DNA from: Bacteroidota bacterium
Lineage (GTDB): Bacteria; Bacteroidota; Bacteroidia; Flavobacteriales_D; Crocinitomicaceae
Assembly: GCA_016192075.1 (NCBI GenBank)
Contig: JACPUU010000015.1
Location: 39,951-103,950 of the forward strand
Direction: 5' to 3'
Length of the DNA stretch: 64,000 nucleotides
A program made the position numbers and the translations under genes. Position 1 is the stretch's first letter. Each line of letters opens with the position of its first letter. Of the stretch, positions 1-8,298 are shown one piece after another. A model generated the notes under the pieces. The model did no database searches, had not been told where the DNA came from, and saw only the letters and a program-made list of their open reading frames with translations.

Positions 1-590
1 TGTGCGGTTTCAGTACCTACATACATGCCGCGGATATGACCTTCACGATCAACCAGTACCAGGTGTTCTGAATGTAAAAAACCGCCCTCGGCTTTTTCAT
101 CTTCCATGGCATTCAGAATATAACCGTTCATACCCAGGTCATAGACATAGTCCTTATCACCATAAAGAAAAAACCAGTTGTGTGTATCCAGGTTTCGCTC
201 AGCAATATAAGCCTGTAGTTTAGGAATGGTGTCACGTTTTGGATCAACGGTATGTGATAGAAACATAATTTCTTCTATGTCTGATGTCATACCCTGCAGG
301 CGTTTCACCTGCTCAATCATTGCAGGGCAAATAGAAGGACAACTGGTGAAGAAAAAATTAACCACATGAATTTTTCCGGCAACACGGTCGTTGGTAAATT
401 CACTGCTGTCATGTGCCAGCAAGGTATAGGGCGGTATGGTGTGGTAAAGTGTATCAGCGCCATCAAATTCATGCTGCCCCAGGTAGGGGAGCGGCACAAC
501 CGGTGGTGGTGTTACGGTAGTTTCAGCGGTATTGCTGCCACAGGCAGCCAGAAGAAGAATGGAGAGAATGCTAAGGACAGAATTTTTCAT
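1..590 (-). CDS. SCO1/SenC-family copper chaperone lipoprotein (partial; 3' end lies beyond the window edge)
   Basis: Hand translation of the minus strand from the ATG at 590-588 gives MKNSVLSILSILLLAACGSN (lipobox LAAC). It has the thioredoxin-fold copper motif FFTSCPSICPAM and the C-terminal HSEHLVLVDREGHIRG. The frame is open to position 1. It is absent from the ORF track because there is no stop in the window. Confidence 0.8.
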   Translation of the reverse strand, partial: MKNSVLSILSILLLAACGSNTAETTVTPPPVVPLPYLGQHEFDGADTLYHTIPPYTLLAHDSSEFTNDRVAGKIHVVNFFFTSCPSICPAMIEQVKRLQGMTSDIEEIMFLSHTVDPKRDTIPKLQAYIAERNLDTHNWFFLYGDKDYVYDLGMNGYILNAMEDEKAEGGFLHSEHLVLVDREGHIRGMYVGTETA

Positions 591-598
591 AAGCCAGA

Positions 599-1555
599 TT
601 AAATTTCTTCAATGGGTTCATCATCCGGTGACTCTGATTTTTTGAGTGACACCAGGATACCAACAATCAGGGACAAGCCAATAAATGGCAGTGACAACCA
701 TTCCATAAAATGGAAAAATTCCACGTCAATTAAAAGCAGTTTCAGTGCCACGTATACCAGAATGGCAAAAACGCTGTATTTGAGATAATGAAATTTGCGC
801 AGCATGTTCGCCAGAAAGAAATACATAGAGCGTAACCCCAGTATGGCAAAAATGTTGGAACTGAAAACAATGAAAGGGTCTTCAGTGATGGATATAATAG
901 CCGGTATGCTGTCCAGCGCAAAAAGTAAATCGGTCAGCTCAATCATAACCAGTGCAGCAAATAATGGTGTAGCCATACGCACGCCTTCTTCCATGATCCA
1001 GAATTTGTCACCTTCAGATTGCTTGCTGATCTTGAAAATTTTGTTGATCCAGCTTGGTTTTTTTTCTCCGGTTTCTTCTTTCTCCGGCCGCAGCATTTTC
1101 AGCGCGGTGAATAAAAGAAATCCGCCAAAAACATAGGTCATCCACTCAAAGCTTTCAATCAGTTTTACGCCCAGCCCAATGGTAATACCTCTTAGCAGAA
1201 TGGCACCAATGATTCCCCAGAAAAGGGCCTTGTGCTGGTTGTCAGGGTGAATTTTGAACGATGCAAAGATCATTGCAATGACAAACAGGTTGTCTACACT
1301 CAGCGAAAGTTCAATCAGGTAACCGGTGGTATAGTTGTAATAAGCCTGGGCCGCACTTGCCGTTTTAGGATGGCTCATGAGGCCGGAATCATAAAGCCAG
1401 TAAATAACTCCTGAAAACAGAAAGGCTGTACTTACCCAGAAAATGGTTTCAATGGCAGCCCGTTTATTGGTAATGTGTTTTCCCTTTTTATTCAGTACAA
1501 GCAGGTCAACTGCCATGAGTATAAAAATCAGCACAATGAGAAGGGTCCAGATCAT
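599..1555 (-). CDS. TerC-family integral membrane protein
   Basis: 318-aa multi-TM ORF with the duplicated TerC signature (ELSLSVDNLFVIAMIF and IELTDLLFALDSIPAI). It sits 8 nt upstream of the SCO1 start. Confidence 0.8.
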   Translation of the reverse strand: MIWTLLIVLIFILMAVDLLVLNKKGKHITNKRAAIETIFWVSTAFLFSGVIYWLYDSGLMSHPKTASAAQAYYNYTTGYLIELSLSVDNLFVIAMIFASFKIHPDNQHKALFWGIIGAILLRGITIGLGVKLIESFEWMTYVFGGFLLFTALKMLRPEKEETGEKKPSWINKIFKISKQSEGDKFWIMEEGVRMATPLFAALVMIELTDLLFALDSIPAIISITEDPFIVFSSNIFAILGLRSMYFFLANMLRKFHYLKYSVFAILVYVALKLLLIDVEFFHFMEWLSLPFIGLSLIVGILVSLKKSESPDDEPIEEI

Positions 1556-1682
1556 GTAATGGGAATTTGGTGCGAAATTAAGCTATAAAACCGAATGCAG
1601 GGAACAGTACAATCAATAAAATGGTGCAAAAATGATTTGCTGCGGTTGGTATCTGCTTAAACCGGCAATACCGGGTGCAAAA

Positions 1683-2405
1683 CTACTTGTTGCGTGCTTC
1701 GCGGTCAGCTTTGAATTCTTCTTTTTTCAGCAGTTTAAGCAAGTCAAAGAAATTGCGGATATCGCTATCGCTTTTGGCCCCGCTTACCCCGCGGATACAA
1801 CCTCTTTTGTCTATAAGTACCAGTGAATTTACAAAGGCTTTTGAACCAATTTCGCCAGATGAGGCTGTTGCCGGATAATTGATAAAAAGGTCACCGTAGT
1901 AGGGAAAGGAATAGAACGGTGTTGCATCACCGGTTGCAAACCACCAGAACTTGTGGTCGTATTCAGCCATTTCTTCTTTCAATAACTGAGATGGTATTGA
2001 ATCAGGTTTTCCGTTTGCATCTGTCAGAATAGAGAGCACCCGTACATTGGAATAATTATCCGGATGATCAATCATTTTGGAGTACAGAATTTCATTGAAC
2101 AGCACCATTCCCATACCGCATTCTTTTAAGTCAGGACAGGTATTCTGTATCGTGGTGAGAATGATAAATTTGTCGCGGATAGAATCACGGTTAATAACCG
2201 CTCCGTCAAACGACGTCAGCTGAAAATCAGGAATGGAATAGACGGTTGAGTCAATTTTATTTCCGGCAGCGTCGTAGGTATATTCCCAGCCTAAATAAGG
2301 CAGATCAATAAACTTGTTGTCAAAAGTATGTGCCATCCACCAGATAACAGTACCCGGCCCCAGGAAAATCAGTAAGATGATAACAACTCTTTTAAAACCA
2401 GTCAA
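1683..2405 (-). CDS. SCO-like thioredoxin-fold protein with N-terminal membrane anchor (divergent metal motif)
   Basis: 240 aa with a TTG start at 2405 and the anchor VVIILLIFLGPGTVIWW. CPDLKEC occupies the position of the SCO CxxxCP motif. The C-terminal NSLVLIDKRGCIRG parallels the LVLVDREGHIRG of the SCO1 gene at 1-590. It lies directly after the oxidase subunit genes. Confidence 0.5.
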   Translation of the reverse strand: MTGFKRVVIILLIFLGPGTVIWWMAHTFDNKFIDLPYLGWEYTYDAAGNKIDSTVYSIPDFQLTSFDGAVINRDSIRDKFIILTTIQNTCPDLKECGMGMVLFNEILYSKMIDHPDNYSNVRVLSILTDANGKPDSIPSQLLKEEMAEYDHKFWWFATGDATPFYSFPYYGDLFINYPATASSGEIGSKAFVNSLVLIDKRGCIRGVSGAKSDSDIRNFFDLLKLLKKEEFKADREARNK

Positions 2406-2427
2406 TGTGGTGCTTGTATAGGGGATT

Positions 2428-2805
2428 CTACTTCAGAAATTCCCAGGCGTCATTAACATAAAGCGCCTCGGTGCGAAGAATGAAAATCAAATACAGAATA
2501 AAGATGATGTATGGAACCAGGATCATGTAACGCAGGTTTTTGCGTTCATCTCCAAGGTGCATAAATACCAAAACAATGTATCCGGCTTTAACAGCTGTAA
2601 GAATAATATAGCCCCATTTAATCAAATCCCACTGAAGGCCCGGGTTATCACCTTTAGGAAGATAGATACCAACAAGAACCTCAATGGTTGTAATAATTGA
2701 AAGAATGGCGGTTACTTTCCAGATTTTTTTGCGAACGACTTTTCCCTGCTCGTCTGAGTGGTGTGTATCTAAAGAATATTCAACAATATCATCTCTAACT
2801 AACAT
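2428..2805 (-). CDS. cytochrome c oxidase subunit IV family protein
   Basis: 125 aa with 3 predicted TM helices. It is placed immediately downstream of two subunit-III genes, as in Bacteroidota oxidase operons. The call rests mainly on context and size. Confidence 0.6.
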   Translation of the reverse strand: MLVRDDIVEYSLDTHHSDEQGKVVRKKIWKVTAILSIITTIEVLVGIYLPKGDNPGLQWDLIKWGYIILTAVKAGYIVLVFMHLGDERKNLRYMILVPYIIFILYLIFILRTEALYVNDAWEFLK

Positions 2806-2828
2806 AGCTTTGATTTTTTATCAATGAA

Positions 2829-3590
2829 TTAAACAAGGTAAAAGAAAGTAAATACGAATACCCACACAAGATCTACGAAGTGCCAGTACAAACCAACTTT
2901 TTCAACCATTTCGTAATGTCCTCTGCGGTGATAAACGCCGCGCACCACATTTCTTAATACCAGCAGGTTAAACAATACCCCTGTAAAAACGTGGAACCCG
3001 TGGAATCCGGTAATAAAGAAAAAGAAATTGGCATACAGTGTCGGACCGTAAGATGTAATTTCAGTATGCATGTGTTCGTGTTCTCCAACCACTTCATAAA
3101 CGCCGCCATAGCAGTTGTGCTGAAGCGTGGTGTTGTCATGCCAGGTTGATAAATTACCATCAGGACCAGCAATAAAAGTTGACCACTCCCAAACCTGTGA
3201 ACCAAGGAAAATAAGACCACCAACTACGGTAAGCATAAGCCATTTGATAACGCCTTTTTTGTCCATGCGGTGACCGGCTTCAACAGCCAGTACCATTGTA
3301 ACCGAACTCACAATGAGGATAAACGTCATGAATGCCACATAGATCAATGGCGCAGGCATGTGTGTAAACGGAATGTGGGTAAATACTTCTTCACCCATTG
3401 GCCAGCTGGCGGCCCATTCAGGATTTGCAAATTTTGCAAAACCAAGTGCACATAAAAGTCCACCAAAAGTTAAACCATCAGAAACCAGGAAAAACCACAT
3501 CATGAGTTTTCCATAGCTTACTTTAAAAGGAGAGGTACCACCGCCCCAGGCTGTAGAGGCGTCCATTTGCTGCGTGTGTGCTCCGGCCAT
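2829..3590 (-). CDS. heme-copper oxidase subunit III
   Basis: 253 aa. Subunit III signatures: FFITGFHGFHVFTGVLFN and LYWHFVDLVWVFVFTFFYLV at the C-terminus. Confidence 0.85.
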   Translation of the reverse strand: MAGAHTQQMDASTAWGGGTSPFKVSYGKLMMWFFLVSDGLTFGGLLCALGFAKFANPEWAASWPMGEEVFTHIPFTHMPAPLIYVAFMTFILIVSSVTMVLAVEAGHRMDKKGVIKWLMLTVVGGLIFLGSQVWEWSTFIAGPDGNLSTWHDNTTLQHNCYGGVYEVVGEHEHMHTEITSYGPTLYANFFFFITGFHGFHVFTGVLFNLLVLRNVVRGVYHRRGHYEMVEKVGLYWHFVDLVWVFVFTFFYLV

Positions 3591-3614
3591 AAATCGCTTT
3601 TTGTTTGTGCAAGT

Positions 3615-4670
3615 TTAATGAATAAATATTAAAAACGCATATAAATAAATCCACAATATGCCTAAAAAATGCCAATAGATTGAACCTAACTGAATTCCAA
3701 GATAGTCGCCTGAGGTATAGCGTACTTGTATAGAACGAATCCAAATAACGAGAAGTGCAACTAACCCGCCAATGACGTGGAACAAGTGAACAAAAACAAA
3801 TGCAAATGTGTAAGCACTTGCCTGGTTTTCGGCGCCGTTTAAATCACTTTCCTGTTTGGCACTTAAAGGCAATCCGCCGAGGTAAAATTTGCGGTTCTGA
3901 TAAGTTAGTTCTTTGTCTTTATAATGGATTTTAAAATCTTCTCCAAAACGGCCTGAAATCATAAAATCACCGCGGTTGTTTACAATACTTTCTGCAAACC
4001 GGTAAAGGCGGTCATGCATTTCATTGGTCAGGGATAGTCCGCCAACCTGCATTTGTCCGTTCAGGTAAGTGACCAGCTGGTTCTGATACTTGAGGGCAAA
4101 GCCGGTACCATAATCAGTGAGTTCAAATTTATGTTCCCTGTTCTGCGGTTTTGAACCGTCCATTAGTTCCTTGCAAAAGGCTACCATTTTACCTTTGAGT
4201 TCGGTAGAAACAACGTCACCCTGGTAGTAGAAATCATACCCGTCAAAGGTGATTTCTTTTCCCTCATAGGAAAGGGAGTAAAACAGGCCGTACTTGCCAA
4301 CGCTGTTGACAATGGGAGTGTTCAGTGCATTTCCACGCGATGAAAGATCTGTCCAGCCGGTCCACTGAAAATACGAGAATAAAATACCTGTCAGCAGGGC
4401 GCCTCCGGTAAATATTTTCACCAGCCGGTAATTTTCTTTTTTAACTGACCGGGTAGCAAGAATGAGTAAAAGACTGCCCAGCACAACCATTACAGTACTC
4501 CATATAAAATCCGCTGGTTTTTTGAATTCAACCCAAAAAACAGATCCTTTAGAAACAACATAAGCACTGGTGAGGCCAGCAAAAATCATGATTACGCTGA
4601 AGATACCAAACCACAACAGGTTTTTTTTGGCTTTTGCGTTTATTTTTGGATCAATGTCAAATGTACTCAC
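3615..4670 (-). CDS. heme-copper oxidase subunit III-like protein with a large inserted soluble domain
   Basis: 351 aa with a GTG start at 4670. Five TM helices. VHLFHVIGGL and IYWHFLGILWIYLYAFLIFIH match subunit III. About 180 non-hydrophobic residues (107-285) lie between TM3 and TM4. Confidence 0.65.
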   Translation of the reverse strand: MSTFDIDPKINAKAKKNLLWFGIFSVIMIFAGLTSAYVVSKGSVFWVEFKKPADFIWSTVMVVLGSLLLILATRSVKKENYRLVKIFTGGALLTGILFSYFQWTGWTDLSSRGNALNTPIVNSVGKYGLFYSLSYEGKEITFDGYDFYYQGDVVSTELKGKMVAFCKELMDGSKPQNREHKFELTDYGTGFALKYQNQLVTYLNGQMQVGGLSLTNEMHDRLYRFAESIVNNRGDFMISGRFGEDFKIHYKDKELTYQNRKFYLGGLPLSAKQESDLNGAENQASAYTFAFVFVHLFHVIGGLVALLVIWIRSIQVRYTSGDYLGIQLGSIYWHFLGILWIYLYAFLIFIH

Positions 4671-4672
4671 GG

Positions 4673-5557
4673 CTATATTTTATCAAAAACGTACAAAAAC
4701 TGGATGATTGGCAGGTAGATGAATGAAGCAAACATCAGGGCCCTGGCCGCCTTATCTTCCAGGTTTAAATAAAGACGGTAAGCAATCAGAAAAAACCAAA
4801 GTCCGGCAATGGTACCCACAATTAGCGAAAGATCACCGGTATAATCTAAAAACCAGGGTAATATTCCTACCGGAATCATCAAAAAAGAATAGGCTACAAT
4901 CTGGAATGCAGATGCTTTATTTTTGCGGCCGCGGGATGGAAGCAACGAAAATCCGCCGCGGGCATAGTCTTCATCCAGTACCCAGGCAATAGCCCAAAAA
5001 TGCGGAAATTGCCATACAAACTGAATCAGGAACATGATGCCCACCAACAGGTTAAACTCACCGGTGACTGCAACAACACCCAGCATGGGCGGAATTGCGC
5101 CCGGAAAGGCACCCACAAATACGGCCCAGGGTGTAATGCGTTTTAAAGGGGTATACAAAAAAACGTACATGACCAATGCCAGCAACCCTAAAATACCGGC
5201 AAAATGATTGAGCTGAAACAACATGATAAGTCCCAGAACACCACAAACAGCTGAGATAATGAAGGCTTCTGTAACTGACATACGCCCTGCCGGAATGGGT
5301 CTGTTGGCGGTACGGTGCATGCGTTTATCAAGTTCCCGCTCCAGAATCTGGTTAAAGCCGTTTGATGAACCGGTAATCAAAAATCCGCCCACAACCAGGT
5401 AAACGAACTGAAGATTAAATGCACCTTCTGCAAAAAAATACCCGGCAACGGCCGAAAGGACAACCAGTGTAGCCAGCCTGAACTTTAGCAGCAGCACATA
5501 GTCTTTTACCTTTGAGGTACTGATTTCTTTAGTAATTACCTGTTCTTTTGTCACCAT
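4673..5557 (-). CDS. ctaB: protoheme IX farnesyltransferase (heme O synthase)
   Basis: UbiA-family motif GFNQILERELDKRMHRTANRPIPAG with multiple TM helices. I prefer the start at ATG 5557 (MVTKEQV); the track start at 5611 adds 18 aa. Confidence 0.9.
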   Translation of the reverse strand: MVTKEQVITKEISTSKVKDYVLLLKFRLATLVVLSAVAGYFFAEGAFNLQFVYLVVGGFLITGSSNGFNQILERELDKRMHRTANRPIPAGRMSVTEAFIISAVCGVLGLIMLFQLNHFAGILGLLALVMYVFLYTPLKRITPWAVFVGAFPGAIPPMLGVVAVTGEFNLLVGIMFLIQFVWQFPHFWAIAWVLDEDYARGGFSLLPSRGRKNKASAFQIVAYSFLMIPVGILPWFLDYTGDLSLIVGTIAGLWFFLIAYRLYLNLEDKAARALMFASFIYLPIIQFLYVFDKI

Positions 5558-5646
5558 CTTTAGTAAGATTGGCGCCAAATTTAATAAAAACACCTTGAAC
5601 TGACATGGCATTGCACCGTAGATTCATTCAAAATTCAGAAGTTTGC

Positions 5647-5666
5647 CTGAACGGCCTGAGGTTCAG
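5647..5666 (-). terminator. hairpin CTGAAC-N8-GTTCAG just downstream of the Wzi-like gene A stop
   Basis: Perfect 6-bp inverted repeat (5647-5652 / 5661-5666) located 7 nt after the stop at 5673. There is no strong U-tract on the minus strand. Confidence 0.3.
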
Positions 5667-5672
5667 TTTTAA

Positions 5673-7214
5673 TCAATAGTCAGAATAGGCGTTCCAGATC
5701 CTTGATTTTAACCCAATCATCAAAAAGTGATGGTGCTCTATGGAAACGGGAGTCCATTGCATGCGGTAGTTGTAAGTCACTGTCAGAAAAAGATCAATTT
5801 TTTCCCACAACGGTTTTTCAGCAATAAACTGCTCATTCAGGACATTTGTCCGGAGCCCCTGCATAATGAGGTTACCAAAGTCAGACGGCCGGTCTGAATA
5901 GGAGTTAAAAATATTCTGACCATAATTAACTGTGTCTGTATCTACGCCATATGCGGCAAATGTCAGCTTGTTGGTAAAGCGGATATCTTTATAGACATAC
6001 GAAACAAGGTTGAGTACTTCATAAAAATTGGCCCCAATCGGGTGCGTTACACTGGCATTGAGGTGTCCGTAATTTTCAACTGAATATTTGTGAGAATAGG
6101 TAAACGGCCGCACCACATTAAACTCTGTTTGAAAATAGAAACCGTCGAGCAGAAAGCGGTTGGATTTATAACCCAGTTGTATGCCCCATTTATTTCCCCA
6201 CCATTTGTTGTCTGATTTGATTTGAGCCAGCAGAAATTCATCAATAATAACCTGGCTGTAGAGGCAATGGTGCTTGTTGATTTTATAGGCCAGGTTTAAA
6301 CCAAGCAAAACATTGTCGGCAGACCCGTTGCTGTATTCAACCGGACGGTAAAAAACCACGGGGTTTAAATAGTTGAGGTCAAATCCGCGGTTGGCCAGCG
6401 TATCTTTTGATTGCCACACCACCGATTCAAAAACACTCAGGTTAAATTCACGGGTAATGTTCCAGCTCAGGTAATGAAGAGATGAAAATTTCATCCGGTC
6501 GAGTGATTTATTGGCCGGATTCACCGCGTTGTCATTCCAGACTGTGTAAAGGTTGACATATTTAATGCTGCTGAACGTTGTTTCAATTTTTAAAAAAGGA
6601 TAGCTGGATGCATTGTCAGATAGCAGAAGCGACCGGTAACCCTCTCCAAAAAAGTTTTTGCCGTATCCGCCGGTGAAGGTAAAAATCGGATGTGGCTGCC
6701 AGGCAATCAGCAATTCGTTGCGCTGAAAAAGAGAACCTGCGATTGGCCGTGTGGTACCAATGTCCATATTCAACGTTTGCTGAATGGAATCGGCGGTGTA
6801 ACCTGAACGGGTGAAATAGGGCAGCAGCTTTGCCGTTACAAAAAAGTGGGCAGCATTAAAATCAAAACCCAAACCGGCACCGGCGTTGTACTTTAAAAAA
6901 TCAGTTTTTGAATTGCCTGACTCAACTCCAATTCCCAGGTCGGCAAGCGGATAAAAACGATACCCGAATTTTACTTCTCCCGTTTTTTTCAGTTTGTTTT
7001 GTGTCAGAAATTGTCCTTTTTCTGCGGTGTATCCAATCTGATCAACGGGCACCTGAAGCGGAAGAACGCCGCTGTGAATTGCCTGATCATCGCGCAGGTA
7101 GAGTTCAGAATGGGCAATGCGGTGTTTATACTCCAGGTGATCAAACGTGAATTGCGCCCGTGCGTTTTGTGACACAAGCAAAAAAAGAAGAATATGAATT
7201 TTACTCAGATTCAT
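5673..7214 (-). CDS. Wzi-like (capsule assembly / RemB-like) outer-membrane beta-barrel protein, paralog A
   Basis: Signal peptide MNLSKIHILLFLLVSQNARAQ from ATG 7214. The motif FGEGYRSLLLSDNASSYPFLKIE resembles the Wzi-family GxxSLxLSxNAxPxP signature as I recall it. It is aromatic-rich with alternating beta-strand patterns and ends in SDY. It is a paralog of 8299-9894. Confidence 0.45.
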   Translation of the reverse strand: MNLSKIHILLFLLVSQNARAQFTFDHLEYKHRIAHSELYLRDDQAIHSGVLPLQVPVDQIGYTAEKGQFLTQNKLKKTGEVKFGYRFYPLADLGIGVESGNSKTDFLKYNAGAGLGFDFNAAHFFVTAKLLPYFTRSGYTADSIQQTLNMDIGTTRPIAGSLFQRNELLIAWQPHPIFTFTGGYGKNFFGEGYRSLLLSDNASSYPFLKIETTFSSIKYVNLYTVWNDNAVNPANKSLDRMKFSSLHYLSWNITREFNLSVFESVVWQSKDTLANRGFDLNYLNPVVFYRPVEYSNGSADNVLLGLNLAYKINKHHCLYSQVIIDEFLLAQIKSDNKWWGNKWGIQLGYKSNRFLLDGFYFQTEFNVVRPFTYSHKYSVENYGHLNASVTHPIGANFYEVLNLVSYVYKDIRFTNKLTFAAYGVDTDTVNYGQNIFNSYSDRPSDFGNLIMQGLRTNVLNEQFIAEKPLWEKIDLFLTVTYNYRMQWTPVSIEHHHFLMIGLKSRIWNAYSDY

Positions 7215-8286
7215 CCGTTGTCTGCCGCTTGTGGCCAATAAAAACATACCCTACAAACAGGGCGGCAATACCCAGGCTTATCAGAAAACTGAAATTGGGA
7301 TTTTCAAACTGAATAAAATACGTTTGGGCAATTATGATAAGACTGAAAAGATAAATGGTAATGACTGTTTTTTTATGACTCCGGTACCGGTCCATTAATT
7401 TGTGATGAAGGTGATTGCGGTCAGCACTTAAGGGTGATTTTCCCTTCATGGTACGAATGGTAAATACCCTCAGTGTGTCAAGCAGCGGGTAGGCTAAAAT
7501 AGCCATGGCTGCTACCGGCGTAGAAATATTTTGAAAATCTGCCGGAATAAAATCTACCGGTGATTCAATGAGTTTAATTGCGAGAACACTTACAACGGCT
7601 CCAATAATCAGCGAACCCGAATCGCCCATAAAAATGCGTGCCGGATTAAAGTTGAAAATCAAAAAACCAAAAAGCGCTCCGGCCATTGAAAAAGCTACCA
7701 GGGCCCAGTATAATTCTCCGCTGCATGAAAACCAGACACCAAAAGAAACAGCTGCTATCAGTCCTACGCCCGATGCCAGTCCGTCTACCCCGTCAACCAG
7801 GTTAATTGCGTTAACAATAACAATGTAAGTGAAAATAGAAATGAGAATGCTGCCGTATTCAGGCAATATAACATCCATTCCCAAAAGCCCGTGAAAACTG
7901 GTAATCCGTATTTTTCCCATCACGCATAAAATAAAACCAACCATGATGTGGGCCATTAATTTTTTCATGGGTGACATGCCAATAATATCATCTTTAATGC
8001 CGACAAAAAACAAAAGAATTAAACTGGCCATGAGATACATAAACTCACTGAGAGATGCTTCTGTTTGTGTATTGTTACCGGGAAACCAGAGAAAACACGA
8101 GAAAACAAACGCGCTGAAAATGATAACACCGCCAATGGTTGGCGTGCTGCTTTTGTGAAGTTTGCGCGCTTCACCAGGTTCATCAACCAGGTGTTTGATT
8201 TTGGCTACTTTAATCAGCGCGGGGGTGGCAAGCAACACCACGCTGAATGAAGTAATTAATGCCAGTATGAGGTGATAATCTTTCAT
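7201..8286 (-). CDS. MraY/WecA-family (GT4) polyprenyl-phosphate sugar-1-phosphate transferase
   Basis: 361 aa with about 10 TM helices. Family motifs: VGIKDDI, NAINLVDGVDGLASG and FMGDSGSL. Confidence 0.8.
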   Translation of the reverse strand: MKDYHLILALITSFSVVLLATPALIKVAKIKHLVDEPGEARKLHKSSTPTIGGVIIFSAFVFSCFLWFPGNNTQTEASLSEFMYLMASLILLFFVGIKDDIIGMSPMKKLMAHIMVGFILCVMGKIRITSFHGLLGMDVILPEYGSILISIFTYIVIVNAINLVDGVDGLASGVGLIAAVSFGVWFSCSGELYWALVAFSMAGALFGFLIFNFNPARIFMGDSGSLIIGAVVSVLAIKLIESPVDFIPADFQNISTPVAAMAILAYPLLDTLRVFTIRTMKGKSPLSADRNHLHHKLMDRYRSHKKTVITIYLFSLIIIAQTYFIQFENPNFSFLISLGIAALFVGYVFIGHKRQTTDESE

Positions 8287-8298
8287 GCAGTTTTTGAT

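Noticed and set aside
2-602. Track ORFs at 2-223 (+), 317-499 (-) and 366-602 (+).
   Set aside because: All lie within or opposite the well-supported SCO1 reading frame (minus strand, 1-590), and their translations have no recognisable features.
1556-1682. yybP-ykoY Mn riboswitch upstream of the TerC gene.
   Set aside because: The 127-nt upstream region lacks the conserved GGGGAGUAG-type core and the four-helix layout. It shows only a weak CCGG hairpin.
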